Part shown: positions 39,241 through 53,334 of the stretch, piece by piece
How the letters are laid out: every line of letters starts with the position of its first letter
How positions within the stretch are numbered: position 1 is the first letter of the stretch
From: Hydrolagus colliei
Lineage: Eukaryota
Length of the DNA: 64,000 nt
Direction of reading: 5' to 3'
NCBI GenBank assembly: GCA_035084275.1
Contig: CM068744.1
Coordinates: 16,120,001 to 16,184,000, forward strand
Notes under the pieces: model-generated
The model's database searches: none
Told to the model about the DNA's origin: nothing
The model's input: the letters and a program-made list of their open reading frames with translations, nothing else
Made by a program: the position numbers and the translations under genes

Positions 39241-41389
39241 GAGGAAGGCAGTGTTTAACCTGATATCTAATCTCAACTTTAATGATCATGAAACTAACAC
39301 AATTTAAAAAAAATTATGGATCTGTTTTTAACCAGTATCATTGGTTCTAATATTGACTTGGCTGCATGTGATCACTGATAACAGCGATGCCAGTGATATC
39401 TGGTGTCAGTGGCTTATTCATGTCTGGTGGCTGTCAGGCAACACTAAAACAATCAAAGCGGTGCAGCAAAGAGGTCTGTAAAATGTGTTTTAAAGGTTTT
39501 TAAAGCATTTCCCTCCATCAAGCAGCAAGACCGACAGATAAGTTCAAGATTTCAGTTAAAATCAAATCTATAATGTAACATTTCAACTGGAACATTTCAG
39601 ATGAATTGCACGTCTAGACTAAATTTTGAATAGGGAATTTCTTAATCAAGTCTCATATATTTTTCTCAACCACTATTATTTTTGCCATTCACAATCACTC
39701 CCTGCCTCAGTTCCTCTACCTTGCCCCCTATGGGGTTGCCAAGCCTTCACTTGCCAGTAACTGTCCAACGTCTTGGGATGTCCTCCTGATGCAAAATACA
39801 CTATTCAAGTGTGATTTTGTTGTTGTTGTTGCCAATAGCCTTTAATACTGTTAATACTGTTTTATTTTATTTCAGTACTTTTAATTAGTATTAAAAACTG
39901 GGCTTCAGCAGCTCTTTGTGGTAAGAGCTTGTAAAAAATATTTTCCTTAAAAGTAACTTTTTCAACCTTCTGTCCTATTGTACATATTGTACATAATGCG
40001 TATCCATCCTTCTTGATAATTGTTGGTTTTCATTTTGTGGTCAGTATAGATCACCAGAAGGAGAGCTATGGGTTTAAAGTGGATTTGATAGTTGAATATT
40101 CTAACGTAAGCCAGTAAGAGAACAGCCACTGTCAGAGAAATAAAAGGAATGAAGAATGTGATGAATAGTAGCCCTGGGAGCTGTCATCCTCTCAACCGGT
40201 CATTCTTTCAGCTTTGTGTTGAAGGGCTTATTTTTATTCTTTTGCTAAAACTGTTGGTCGTGATCTATTTTTAATTATTATCAGAGTTTGTGGTGTTATT
40301 CCACAAAGCGTGTCATCTTTGCCACTTCAGCTCAATGTCAGACAAGGGCAGATCACTTGCATTGTACTCTCCTAAATGCTAAACATAACTTGGCCTTAGC
40401 AACAATTTCCTTTGGTTCTGTGACACTGCCGTATGATTAGATTGCAGCTGGGAAAACCACATCTAAGGGACATATCATGGTGACATTGGGTTCACTTTGT
40501 GGTTTCTTGTCTGGCAGACAATGTGTATGAGAGTTGATGAGCTGCGGACAGAAGATATCTGTCACTTTTCAGTTATGAGATAGAAGTTATTATTAGTTAT
40601 GATTTTACAGATGAGCGAGATGTCATCTTTAAAATGAGCACCGATTTTCTAACCTCACCTGTAATAGTGAAATTATTTCAGGTTGGAGAAGACCATCTTG
40701 GCCACCAATATAATTTTCCACACATTTCCTTTGGTGAATGTAATCTCTAAAGTTAATAAATCTGAACAATTCTATATTCATTGGCTATCGCCATCAGAAG
40801 CCAGGAGGAAGGCCTCTTTCAAAACAAATACTTTGAAGAACAACTTTGAACAATACACCATGATTGAAATGGATGGAATAAGAGCCTATCATCGCCTGAT
40901 AGTGCTAGATCCACACCCTTGGTCTCACACATACAACACAAATGTACAAACAGTAACATAAACATGTTTCATATAGGTTTCTGATTGACCTCTCCTACCC
41001 TGAGTGATATTTCAGTTGGATTTTCTTGGTTCCCGCAATAAATTGGGAGCACAGTTCAGTCCCACATCCACGCTGGCACAAAGTCAATATAAACTTCTAA
41101 ACATATCTGATTTCAATTTATTTAATAACAATGCGCTTTCCCAGTTTGGAAATTCAAAACTGCAGCATGATTTGTGAGCATAAACCAAACAGTCCAGCTC
41201 CTGTATAGCTGTGATTGCTCTGGGGAACTATGGGACTGTTGTATCGGATAAATGGAAACATTAAGAAAGTGTGAAATTTAGCAGTCTAAAAAATATCTGT
41301 CTATTTCATGGTATTTGAATTCAAACTATGGCTGTTCCAGTGGGAGAGACTTGAAGGGTTACAGAATGAATACAGAATAGCTCAGAATA

Positions 41390-42420
41390 GAATCACGGAA
41401 AGTGTAGCATAGAAGAGGACCATTCGGCTCCTAGAATCTTTTGATGTGCTGCTTCCTTCACCTGAGAGAACCACTTTAATCCCAATTATTTGTTCTTGTT
41501 CTGTACCATAGAATAAGAGATGGTCAGCATGGAAAGAGACATTCAATCAAAATGATTGTGGCGCTGCTACTTTTTCATTTGTATTTTCTGTTATCCTTTT
41601 TATTTCTCTCACTTTCCAGCCCTTACCCCCACAATGCTTAATGTCTTTACCTCTTGGGTGCTTACTCTGTTCCTTTTGAATGATTCTATTCAACCTCATT
41701 ATCCTTTTAACGTTCTCTTCAAATGTTTATCCAATCCCCTTGAAATGCTGCTATGGTTTTAAGCCTCATCAGCCATTTGTGGTAAAGCAATCCTTATCCT
41801 TATAAACTTTTGCATGACAAAGCTTCTCCTAACCTCCACTATCTTCTTCAGTGACGAACCTGATCTTATAGTCGCTTGTAATTGATTTAGCAGCCAGCAG
41901 GAACAACCTATCGCAATGCATCTACTCAAACCATTGAGAATTTTTAAGACTCTTGCATCCTCTCTGAAGCTCCTCTGGTGTAGTTTTTTATATATAAAAA
42001 AACTACATTTTGAAGCCTAGCCTTGCAGCTTTAAACGCTCATTGCTGCTATTATCGTACAAATCTACATTGTACCCTTTTCCGCAACTGGGTTCCCAGAA
42101 CCACATTCCATACTCACAACTGTAGCATAACCAATGTCTTGTTTAAATGTAACGTTAATCACATGCTTTTGTACCCCACACCCCTATTTATAAAACCCAG
42201 AATCCAATTTTCCTTTTTCATAGCTTTTCTCTGTCTTGCACTGCCACCTTAAAAGATCTTTGCAACCGCTCTCTTGGATCTCTCTGTTTCATAACATCTT
42301 TCAGAACATTACCATTTAGAGTATACTGTACACCTTTTAGATTTATTATTCCCAGCACGTGGTAATTCACCTCTCTAACCATTAAACAGCATCTGCCACC
42401 TATCTGTTAATTTCTTCTGT
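41390..42420 (-). mobile_element. Degraded CR1 LINE fragment(s)
   Basis: gaagaggaccattcggctc tail; ccatttgtggtaaagcaatcc; cccagaaccacattccatactc...ctgtagcataaccaatgtc; ccattaaacagcatctgccacc, typical of the antisense CR1 ORF2 region. Confidence 0.6.
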
Positions 42421-44947
42421 TAATGCTTTTCAACAATGGGCTTCTATTAGCTCAGCCTGTACAGCTAAAGGGTTTAGAGTTAGTTGATGGTGGTTTATTT
42501 TATTCTGAGAAGAAAAAATATTTTTTATTGTTTTGTGAGAACAGTATCCCTTTTCTGCTGCCATGTAGGGAGTCTATTTCAAGAGAGTGTAAGTAGCACA
42601 AATAAAATCCTAAAGACCTTTATTTGACTGGAAGCATCCAACTGTATTTTCACCATGTAACATTAAAGAATGTCTGAGACACAAAGAGAGTAGAAGGAGA
42701 AGCTGTGTACACTTTATTCTTAATTTTAAACAAAGTCAGTGTAAGATAGATAAGTGCCTCTTAAAATTTGATTAGCAATTACAATCCCTTTGAAAGAAGG
42801 ACCATATATAGACCTACATTTTGTATTAACTATTCTTGAAGCGTGCTTCTGATTATAATTGAATAAGGTATGTCCTTTCCATTCTGACCCAGTCCCCTTT
42901 CACGCGTATGCATGATGCTCATAGCAACACTAGCAAAGCTCATCTCTATGCAGAAAAATAAACAGCCTTGCATGGCTAGTCCTTTGTTCATGTTTGCTCA
43001 TGTTTGATACTGCCAGGACTGTACTATGCATTTGCTTGACTGCACTCCACACAAAATGTACATTTTGCAGCTGATCTCTGTATTTTGCTTGCCAGGTTAT
43101 TTTTCTTCACTGTTTTTAAGTGACTAAAAAGATAATAAATGGTTCAACACTCTTCAAGGGAATGACACATACTGCTCTGTGACTGCAACTCTGTTCAGCG
43201 AAGACTTAGACTAATTGTCAAATATATTGTCAAATAAAACCTACCATAGTTTTATAGGTAGATAAAAGATACGACAAATAATTAGAGTACAGTACATGAA
43301 TAATACATTCAGATACGTCCAGATTCAGCTTCTGAAGGACAATTTTGGCATTGATACTAAGGAGTATTTATTCAGAATAAGGATAACAACAACTTTGATT
43401 TATAAAGCATCTTCACCTAGCCTTGGAGCGCTTCTCAGCGATGGGATCAGATGCCGAAAAAAGGATACGGGGAAATCTGAAATGGTTTATCAGGAAAGGT
43501 GGTTGAGGCCAGATGCTGAACTTACGTAAATTGAAGATAACAGAGAGGTTGTTCTGGGAGGATAGGATCGAATGAGCAAAATAATCTTCTTTATCTTTAT
43601 ATTTATCTTTATCTATGTTAAACTTGTGATTTGGGGAGCATTTCTGTTACATAATAACAGAAATAGTACTGTAATTAATAATAATCCTTGCATTTGATGT
43701 GGTGATTCCATCTTTATAATATCTCAGAATGTTTCACAGGATCTACTGTAATATAGTGACCGTATTTGTATAGAAATAGGCATTCGGATAAAAACACTAT
43801 TTAGAATTCTAAATGGCAAATATAGTAGGCAGGCTATGAGAGCTGAATGGGGGAGAGTTTTGTTATTTTGTTGTTCCTTTCACTTGAACACTTTGAGGAG
43901 CAAGCCTGCGATAATCAATATGAGAATTATAACCATGAGAATTGGAGAGAAATTGGAATATGTATACCATAATTAATTCTCATCTATTGTTATTGAATAT
44001 TTGAAAGTGCAGTATTCACCACCACTCTCCAGAACCCTTCATAAATTTTGTATTGAAATTCTGTCTTTTAAAAGTTTCATTGTCACAGTAATTTCTCTCT
44101 ACCCTAATTCTACTGGACGGCTGACAGGCTCTATAATGTGTTTTGAGCCATCAGGATTCAATTTCTACACTATCGCTCCAGGGTGCTTGGTATATTTTTC
44201 ATAGCATTTAATACTGCAGTGTTGTAAGATGGTTTCATTGAGCTTTGTGCTGAAAGGCAGTTATCAGTGCAGAGAATGAGGTGCGAGTGATAACAAGCAC
44301 AGTGACAAATTAACATTGTGATATTTTACTGTACTTTGGCAGAAAATTATTAACGGGTGATTAATGGGAAATTGTTTGGGCAAGGAATATTTTTTAAGTG
44401 CTCCAAGATACTGTCCGATGTGAAGGGTGCAAGTTGTTTTTTTGGGGGGTTAGGGGATTTTATCTGCAATAATAACTGTATTTTCCGGTATTTAAATGTG
44501 CCACACAGTCAGCTGTCCTTTCCTAATGCAAAACACAATTGATATCAAGTATTTCCTAGAGTGTATTAACCCGCAGTCTGTTGTGCAATAATGATAAGAA
44601 ATTCCTGGTGGTTTGCATATGGAACAGTCCGTTCAATCACTTAATCAATTACTACTCAACCAGAACACAATTTAAACACAACTTGCTAACAGCTCAGATT
44701 TACCGCTCTAACCAAAACATTTTTATTAGGAACTGGAGTGAATAAAAGCTTTGTGATTATCCCTTCATGAGCTATAATGGCCCCTGAGTGCAGGCTGTTT
44801 CCATCACATCCCAACTTAAAACATTAATTTTCTGCCCAATTTTGTTTGATTTACTCTTCCCATCCACACTTCGCTTCCAGGCCGGAGTACATAATTGCTG
44901 ATGAAAGAGGTGAAAGGCATGTTCTGTGTATCAGTAAAATCTACTCA

Positions 44948-45330
44948 TAATAATAATATCCTTGTACTGTATTTGATATAACGGTTTATGACATCTTCTA
45001 GACGTCTGAAAGCGCTTCACAGAGTAGAGTGTGAAGTGATTTGACTGTATATTTGGGGGGCGAAACATGGCAGCCAATTGCGCACAACAGTGTCCCACAA
45101 ACAGTGATGGATTGAAGTGACCCATTTTTAAGTTATTATTAATTTCAGAAGGAACTATTACCCCCAGAAAAGCGATCCGTCAATCGACTAATAACTGGGT
45201 TCCTACTTACTGCTAGGTAAACATAGGATTGTGGAGTAAGGAAACTAGGCCAATGTTTTGCCCTGCCAGGAGTGGAACTCGGGTCTCTCGCTTGCCAGGT
45301 GAGTGTTATAACCACTGAGCTACAAGACTC
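44948..45330 (-). mobile_element. tRNA-headed SINE (long subfamily)
   Basis: Same head and tail plus the extra ...ctgggttcctacttactgctaggtaaac... segment. Confidence 0.85.
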
Positions 45331-45530
45331 AATGGGCTAGGTGAGGAAAAGGTCTCATCTCTGCATTGAGACCACCTTGTCCTGATGAAATGATAACATT
45401 GTTATGAGAGAGATGGATGGGGTTTGTAGTATGAAGCCACATCCCATTAATCCTTGGCACAAAACAGTAAAGCCCAAACCCCCTGTGCCAACTTCCTATC
45501 TATGTGTCCTGTAGTTCAGAGGTTAAACCA

Positions 45531-45758
45531 CCTGTAGCTCAATAGTTAGAGCACTCGCCCCGCAAGCGAGAAATCTGGGTTTGATTCCTGGCAGGGCCAA
45601 ACCTTGGACAGGTTTCCTTACTCCACACACCTGATTATAATGCCACCTTTTGCCCACAAAATATACAGTTAATTCACTTTGTAGTATATTCTATGAAGAG
45701 CTTTGAGACGTCCAGAAGATGTGAAAAGCATTATATCAAATTCAAGGTTTATTATTAA
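45531..45758 (+). mobile_element. tRNA-headed SINE (internally deleted), head-to-head with the previous copy
   Basis: cctgtagctcaatagttagagcactcgc...gtttccttactccacac...tail. Confidence 0.85.
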
Positions 45759-48700
45759 TACTATTATTTACTGTATCCTGATCACTATCAAGCACTATTT
45801 AAGCACTTGAGACACCGTCTGGCCTGGAGGGCGCTATATAAATTAAAGTTGTTGTTGTTGTTATCAAGTGGTCCTTCCTGTAAATTCTGCTTGTGTAGCC
45901 AACATAAGAACAGGCCTCGGTTTGACCATGATGCCTCATTTACTCACTGTCCAGGCTCTTATATGAAGAATAATTACTATGTAGAATGATTAAAAAGCTT
46001 CTTTGAAAAATAATTGGAAACAGCATATTTACATAATTCATGCTCTAAACATTAACTGGGCTTATAAAATCGTACGATAACTAAAATGCATTTCAATGTG
46101 GTCTGTTTCGAAATGATAAGACAAACATCTATTTATCTGGCTGTCAATGATAAACAATATTATCCTGACATCAAACCGTTGCTCTTCATGTGAGCTGAAC
46201 ACACGCGGATGGGGGAGGAGAGAGAAAATATGTGATTGAGGTGAACACCACAAGTTCTGAAGCAAATTTATTCTAAGCTTGAAAGAAATGCAGATTGGAA
46301 CCAGCCCAATCATCTTGGGAACACTGTTCATTTTCACTAGCCACGTAGGAGTAAATAGGAACTGCAGAGAAGAGCTGGCATTCCATTTATTGGAGAGAGA
46401 ATCAGATAAATAATAAAGGAAGGACTGATCTAAGTCCTACTTTTGCTTCTTTTGGTGTATTTCTGTTTATATATTTTGGCCATTCAAATGCAAATATCAA
46501 AAGGTTGAAGCCAGTTTAATTGAAGTATTGCTGAGTGGCTCCAGAGATGTCACTGTGAAACATGTACCTGCCTTTCTCAATGTGGTTTGTCCTTAATTAT
46601 GTGTCCTCTCAATGAAATACAAAATAAATCATGGACATTAATTTCTCATCCTATAAAGCTTTAAATATTGCTCTCCCATTTCATTCAGTTCCTCCCCCTC
46701 TATATACCCTAACTCACGGGATCCTCATTAACCAGCAAGCTCCAGCCAAGTTTTGAGGAAATCATATCAGTTGCCAATTTGAGCTACAACTCAAGTAGCG
46801 TGAGCTGGTCAATGTCAGTCCCCATTCTCCTCCCAGATGAAGATGATACACTCTGCTTCTTCATTGCATACTCTAAAACTCTGTCCATTGTATTTATTTC
46901 TGAGAAGCCCATTGTGTAGGATGGCACCCAGGTTGGAATGAGTGGAACAAATAATGGGGAAATCAAGGAGTTGAGCTTAGATGTTTCTAAGCTTGGATTT
47001 TAAAAGTACTTAGTATGTAGAAGGAAGGTAGAACTAGTGGAGGTACGAGGATCTGCTGTGTTGAAATTCCATGAAAGGTGTCCAACCTAATTAAGGATCA
47101 GAATGGATGGCTTCTTGGAGAAGCAAACACTGACATGAAAAAAATGTTGCATATTTATTCTATAAATATTTTTCAATTCAGTCAACCAGATAAGTGAGTT
47201 TAAATGTGAAAGGCTTGTGATTTGATCTTAAAATATTCTAATTATTGCTTAAGTCCTCAATCACTTTCAGAGCTACTGGGTTACTTTTTTAAACCAATAT
47301 TCATATATATATATTGTAGCAGTATTCTGTAGCAGTAATACTGCGGCTCTCACAAAATTGTAACCAATTTCTGCCAATTTTAACATTGTTTTTTTTTGCA
47401 CATTCATGATTTTAGTCAAGTTACATATATTGAGACTATAGGATGGCTCTAGCGGATGTGATAAGGTATGGCAGGGGTCTGTGAGGATTCTCTGTAAAGA
47501 CATTAAAATGGATAAGCTGCTTTTACTGGCGTGTTTTAATTCAATCTGATCCTACAGCAAATATCCCAAAGCAAACGAGGTGTCAAAGGGTGGAAATGCA
47601 GATAAAATAAACACTGACGCCAATCCGAGTGGGAACAACTCACTATGCTAGCTGGATGCACATCAGAACATCCCACAGGAACTCTGCCCCGAAAGTGGAT
47701 TGCATTGTGATATATTTTCCCACAAATGTGATATATTTCTGGTTTCCATAATTCAGAATTTCGGTTTAATTATTGCCACATATTAAACCATGTTGTGAAG
47801 AAGAGAAATGTATTGAACAATGTGAGAAATTAATCAGACCTGAAATCCTTTAGATTATAAATGTGTTTTCCTCCTTCCAAAAAGCATCATTTAGACAGGT
47901 ATAATTTATTTCATAAGCAAAATGAATTTTTTTTGTACGTTCTGAGTTGAGTCAGGATTCAAACCGAGAAAACCTTCCTAAATATGCCCGGTTTCTGAAA
48001 CCATAAAGGTGCGGTACTTTCCACAATAGTTTCTTTGCTACATTAATTCATGTAAATGTGACTGTGACTGTTTAGTGCTTAAATTACGAAAAACAGATTC
48101 TTTAATATACGAATGAGTAAGCGATATCTTTCCTCCATTTGACTGAACAGGGACTGCCATTGATTTCTGTTGGTGTTTAATTTTCAGCTTAACTCACGGG
48201 CATTATCAAGGTGTCAGGTCACTTGGTTTTGTGGCTGGAAGGTGTTATAGCATAGTGCTGTGAACTCTGTCCTCTAAATTTTCTTGCTTCCCGTTGTCTT
48301 CAACACCATAGCTGACTTGGTTAAGACTGGGTACTTACTCTCTGGGGGAAACTAAGTGAAAATTTCAGTATACACAGGCATTTATACCAAGGTCTTCTGA
48401 GTGACAAATGGGCCACCATCTAATAACATGGTCCCCATCAATTCAGACAATTTTAGAGTTTGAAACATATTCTAATAACATTAATTCTAGCACATAGATA
48501 TGAAATTCACAACACACACTTAGGTCTGTTCCATGTTACACTTTTAGTGTCAATTCTGCAGGCTTTTCATGTCAAATTGATACTAAAAATGAATTATAAA
48601 AGCAGTTACTGACATGCGATTTGAAATGAGATTGATGATCGGTACAGCCAAAGAAAACACCTTCAGGAGGTGGTCTCAGAGGCGAATGTAGCGCTGCTTC

Positions 48701-49126
48701 CCCGCCATTGCTGGGACCATGGCATCGTAACGTCACAAAGCTTTTGAAATATACGTTTGACAATAATGTAGGAATGTGTTTGAGCACATTTGAGGCAGGT
48801 ATCGCATGCACAGGAATTGGCCAATCAATTCCAAAACAAAGTGGTCAGTATAACTCTAGGCTGTCCACTCACTTCACTCTGCTACAAGACTTGATGGCAC
48901 ACTTGCAGTGCCGAAAAAGGTACACAAAGCATATACTGCGTTAATGATGCAAACCTGAAGCACAATGCAGAATGTCTGCAAATACCATGCAGAGAATATA
49001 CCACATCCAACAGAACAGCAACACAAGCATGGTTAAACACAGCCCAGCACAGCATATAGAAACTTCAAAAACTGCCCTGCAATATCTCATTTATATAATG
49101 CTTTTGAGTGTAGTAGTTATTTATGT

Positions 49127-49170
49127 GTATATATACTATATATATATGTATTATATATATACGTATATAT
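49127..49170. repeat. Imperfect (TA)n microsatellite
   Basis: gtatatatactatatatatatgtattatatatatacgtatatat. Confidence 0.85.
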
Positions 49171-50196
49171 GAGAACATGCAAAATATTTCCTATAACAGT
49201 TCTATGGGAAAGTAGGTCAGCAACATATTTATCAATCCAGGAATTACTTATTTGGACTGTAACCAGAACAAATTGCTGCTTTAACCCTTGATTTGCAAAA
49301 AATTGTAATCCTTCTTTCAAATAGTTTGACTTGGAAGAAAGACAAGTTGATTACTGCAAAGGGTCAGGCTATTAAAAATAATAATTGTACCCTGCAGTTA
49401 ATCCTTTCTTAATGTTAAGGAAGTATGAATATCATAAAGCGTGAGGAAATCTGAACTTGGGCCTGGGCTGTGATTGGTTTCACTGTCATGTTGCTTTTCA
49501 TGATTCATTACCATTCAGGAAACACAATGAGAGCTTTGCTTAAAAATGACTTTTAAATAGAAAGAGGTACATAGTCAGAGCGAAAGATTAAAAGGCCCCT
49601 GTTTTACAGTTTGCTGGTGGACAGTACATCCCAAATGTCCATGCACCCAGTATCAGGGTAATCCTTTCAAAGCATTTAAAAGACACTGATTGTAGGAAGG
49701 TGATTAAACAGATAATTGGAATCCAAGGCACAATAAATAATAATAATCCTTGCATTTGGTATATCGCGTCTTCAAGACGTGTCAAAGACTTTCACAGAAT
49801 ACACTGTAAACTAAATTGATTGTATATTTTGTGGATAAAACAAAGCACCACTGCCTTATTTTTGACTTGACGTAATTATTGCGTCTTTTCTTTCTCGCTG
49901 GTGATGAAGGCAGTGTTCCTTTAAGTTCAATTCTGAGGGGCGTTCTGGTCAATCCAAGTTGCACATTGCAATGTGAGTACATTGAACTGTATTCAGAGGG
50001 GCTGGTTTTCTTTTGAAATACCAACCCTACTCTCAGTGCAAATTGAATTCTCATTTTTGAAGGGAAGAAGGAGCCACTAGATTTCAAAAGCAAAGTTCGA
50101 ACAAACATTTTCTTTATAAAAATAAAGTTAAGAACATTTTCTGAAATATGCTTGTTTGCTTCCAAATTGCAGATGTTAGAAAGAGTTATACAAGGC

Positions 50197-50390
50197 TCTT
50201 ACCTCTGTGCAGGTTCGATGAGATAGCGATGTAAGCTGCTGGATAGTTGCGATCAGGGAGTGGACTGCAGTTATTCTCTGTATGACACAAAGTTTATTGG
50301 AACAAGCCGAGTGGGTGGAGAAAAGAGGAACTTTTTGAGGAGGGGTTTGTGAGCTCACAAACTGATTTATACATGTGATTGGAGAGGTTC
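50197..50390 (-). promoter_or_regulatory. PLN: Candidate PLN promoter and non-coding exon 1
   Basis: Minus strand: CCAAT (50378-50382), E-box CACATG (50372-50377), TATAAA (50366-50371), second CCAATAAA (50293-50300), then strong donor CAGAG|GTAAGA (exon end 50203). Lies about 13.4 kb upstream of the coding exon in repeat-free sequence. Confidence 0.5.
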
Positions 50391-51083
50391 ACTGGTTACA
50401 GCAGGGGTGACTTCACATACACGGCTCCGTCACCAAAAATGTCCCATATCAACTGTCGCTGAAGCCTCTTTCCCTAGATAGTCCCTCAGTCCTTTCAGAG
50501 TATTCATGCTCCAACCTATAGCAATGCTAGTGTTTTCGATAACTTTTCTTTCAAATCTAGCAGGCTTTTAGTTAGTGCCTTTGTTTTCAGCTGCACATGT
50601 AACTGGTGGTCCACAAATACAAACTATTTGCAACTAAACCAATGTCCCCCACCTTTGCTGTTATCCTCTGGCTTGCTGATGTTTCTACAATTATGGCTCT
50701 CTACTACAGATGTTGTTCCATTGGCCTTTAGCGATAGGAAAGGTACAAACAAATAATGTACTTGTCACATTTGACAAACCCCCTTCCCCTCCCAACATGT
50801 TTTGCTGAAAAGTTTTTGTTTAAAACACTTAGAAGTTACTCTCAACTGCTGTTCCCCACTGTAAGCTTTGCAAATTTGTTAATGGATGTTTATATATTGT
50901 TGAAAAATACAATTTTATTTTAATCATTTCACGACTTTCATCTCACAGTATTCACACTTTAAATAGAAAATTATATAATAACAGAAATGCTTGCAATTTA
51001 TATAGTGTATAATGTATCCACCACCCCCCATGCTCGGATCCTGACATTTGACTGTTCAGCGCCTAGGGACATCCTCAGCGCCT

Positions 51084-51210
51084 GTGGAGCTCCTGTGGCT
51101 CAGTGGTTAGAGCACTTGTCTTGCAAGCTTGGGAGACCAAGCTGGGGAGACCTGTGTTTGAATCCAGGCAGGTCAGGGCGAAAACTTGGGCAAGTTTCCT
51201 TACTCCACAA
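51084..51210 (+). mobile_element. 5' half of tRNA-headed SINE, directly after an L2 3' fragment (about 51020-51080)
   Basis: gtggagctcctgtggctcagtggttagagc...cttgggcaagtttccttactccaca. Confidence 0.8.
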
Positions 51211-51862
51211 GTGCTGAACAGTGGCAAATTCATGAAAACTCAATGAACTGGTGACAACTTCCATGTTGGAATGTGTATGTGAGGAGGACAAGGCAAATAG
51301 TATCAAGCCTGTAAGGCATGTTGTTGTCCTAGTCCCATATGTTTTCTGCAAGTTTCCATATTGTTGTCTAAATTTGTTATTAAAATGAAGTGAAATATCA
51401 ACACTGTATATTGTTTAAGCAATAACTGCTGGAAAGCTACAATACAGAAGGTACATCTACACTTATCAGGCATTGAGAACTGTTAGGGTAACATTTGAGG
51501 AGCTCACTGATTTTCCACTGTGTTAATTGTTCCTGCAGTTAATAGTGTTCAGTGTGAATTAACATTTCTGACTTCAAACTAAACCTGCTGCAATATACTG
51601 AAGTCATGTCACTAGGCCATTGTAATACATTATACTCATAGAAAACCAACAAGTTGTGCTATAGACATCAATGACAGGATCAGGGGGAAATGTCCCAAAA
51701 AGATACTGTACATAATAAATAATTCCTTTTACCCCTGTGTAGTTTGTTTGACAATTTGACAATTACAATATATAGGAATTGTACCATTATAAATACACTT
51801 TATCAAAACTGTTATGCTCATTAGTTAGAAGTAATTCACCCTCATTGTGATCTGGGGTTAAA

Positions 51863-52000
51863 AATAATAATAATAATCCTTGCATTTGATATAGCACCTT
51901 GTCTTTGAGGTATCTCAAAGCGCTTCGCTGAATATACTCTAAAGTGAATTGAGCGTATATTTTGTGGGAGAAACACGGCAGCCAATTGCGTACAGCAGTT
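51863..52000 (-). mobile_element. 3' half of SINE (similar 3' fragments at about 28223-28335, 29025-29180, 43675-43770, 49738-49845)
   Basis: aataataatccttgcatttgatatagc...aaagtgaattga...gcagccaattgcg. Confidence 0.8.
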
Positions 52001-53334
52001 ATCATTGTGACCTTCACAATGGATTGTATTGTACTGTGAACTACAGGAGAAAACATTGTCATGACCAGTGAGTAGATTCAATGTTCTAGCAAATGGCATT
52101 TTCTGATTGTTTTAGTGTGCAAACTTTCATTATCAACCCAAATTGACAACATTTTGTTCAAATTAAACATCGTTGCTTGTATTTGCTGAATTGAACCGCT
52201 GGGTTTGCAAGCTTTCATTTATATTTTAATTAATCTTTATAATGATCAATGATAAAGGTTAAAGAACAGTATGCTTAACACTAATAGTATGCTTAATGCT
52301 GAAATGATTTATTTACAAGAGGGATCTATCTACTTCAGATGCCTTTGTACCTTTCTACAACCGTGGCTAATTGTACCTTTGGTGATTGACCTTTTTGTCA
52401 AAATGATACAATCTTCGTTTGGCTACCTGTCGCACTATCGAATGCTTTCATTCCCATGTTTGCCATCAGAGTAGTAGGCAATATCCTTACCCTAGCACTA
52501 CCCTTCAGAAGCAAGAAATTGCAGTCAGCTGCCCACAGAGCCTGCCAAGAGCAACAGAAGATTCCATTGAAATGCCATTACTCTGTTCAAGTAGAAACCC
52601 TCCCTTTATACACGAGGCCCATATAACTTCATTCTATAGGCTCTGCCTCTGTCAGTCACTGATCTATCTGCCAATTAACCCGCACTGTGCCTATATAGTT
52701 TGAGAAATTGCTTTCATATCTCCAACTGAGGACTGTCTTCACTAACCTTTAGCGGTTTTCAACAAATGAATCACTAACATTGTTTGTATTGAAATGTTAC
52801 TTGGTTACGTCTAAGGTGCTCTTCGCTGAAGCTTTTCCTGGAAACTTTGCAGAACAACAAGTCCACGTAGACAATTTAAATTGCAAGCTGGTGATCATTC
52901 TCTGGGGAATTAACAGCATGTGTTCATGCCTCTTGCAGCGAAAAATGAAGGAGAGAAAGCAGTAACGCACATGCGGAGAGTCCAAGTGGACTTTTGAGTT
53001 GTCCATATCACCAAGGTGACTCTACACCAGACTTGAATTGCGTACACTCTTGAAGAGATTAGATCTCATCAGATATTGCTGCTGTAGGCCAATGCAGTCT
53101 TTCTGATTAATGGATATGTCTGGAGCATAAAAACCCTTGCAGATGCCCAAATATAGTACACCCAATACTGTAGAAGGTTACTCACTTGGCTTGTAAGCTA
53201 TGCTGCACCTAAGTAAGACCTATGGTGCCAAAGGAACTCAAATCCACAGAAGCAAAGATTGTAAAAATAGTTTGTACTATATTTACTTCATTCTTTGGAA
53301 AGTAGTTGTGCATTGACTAATTAAGATTTACCCG

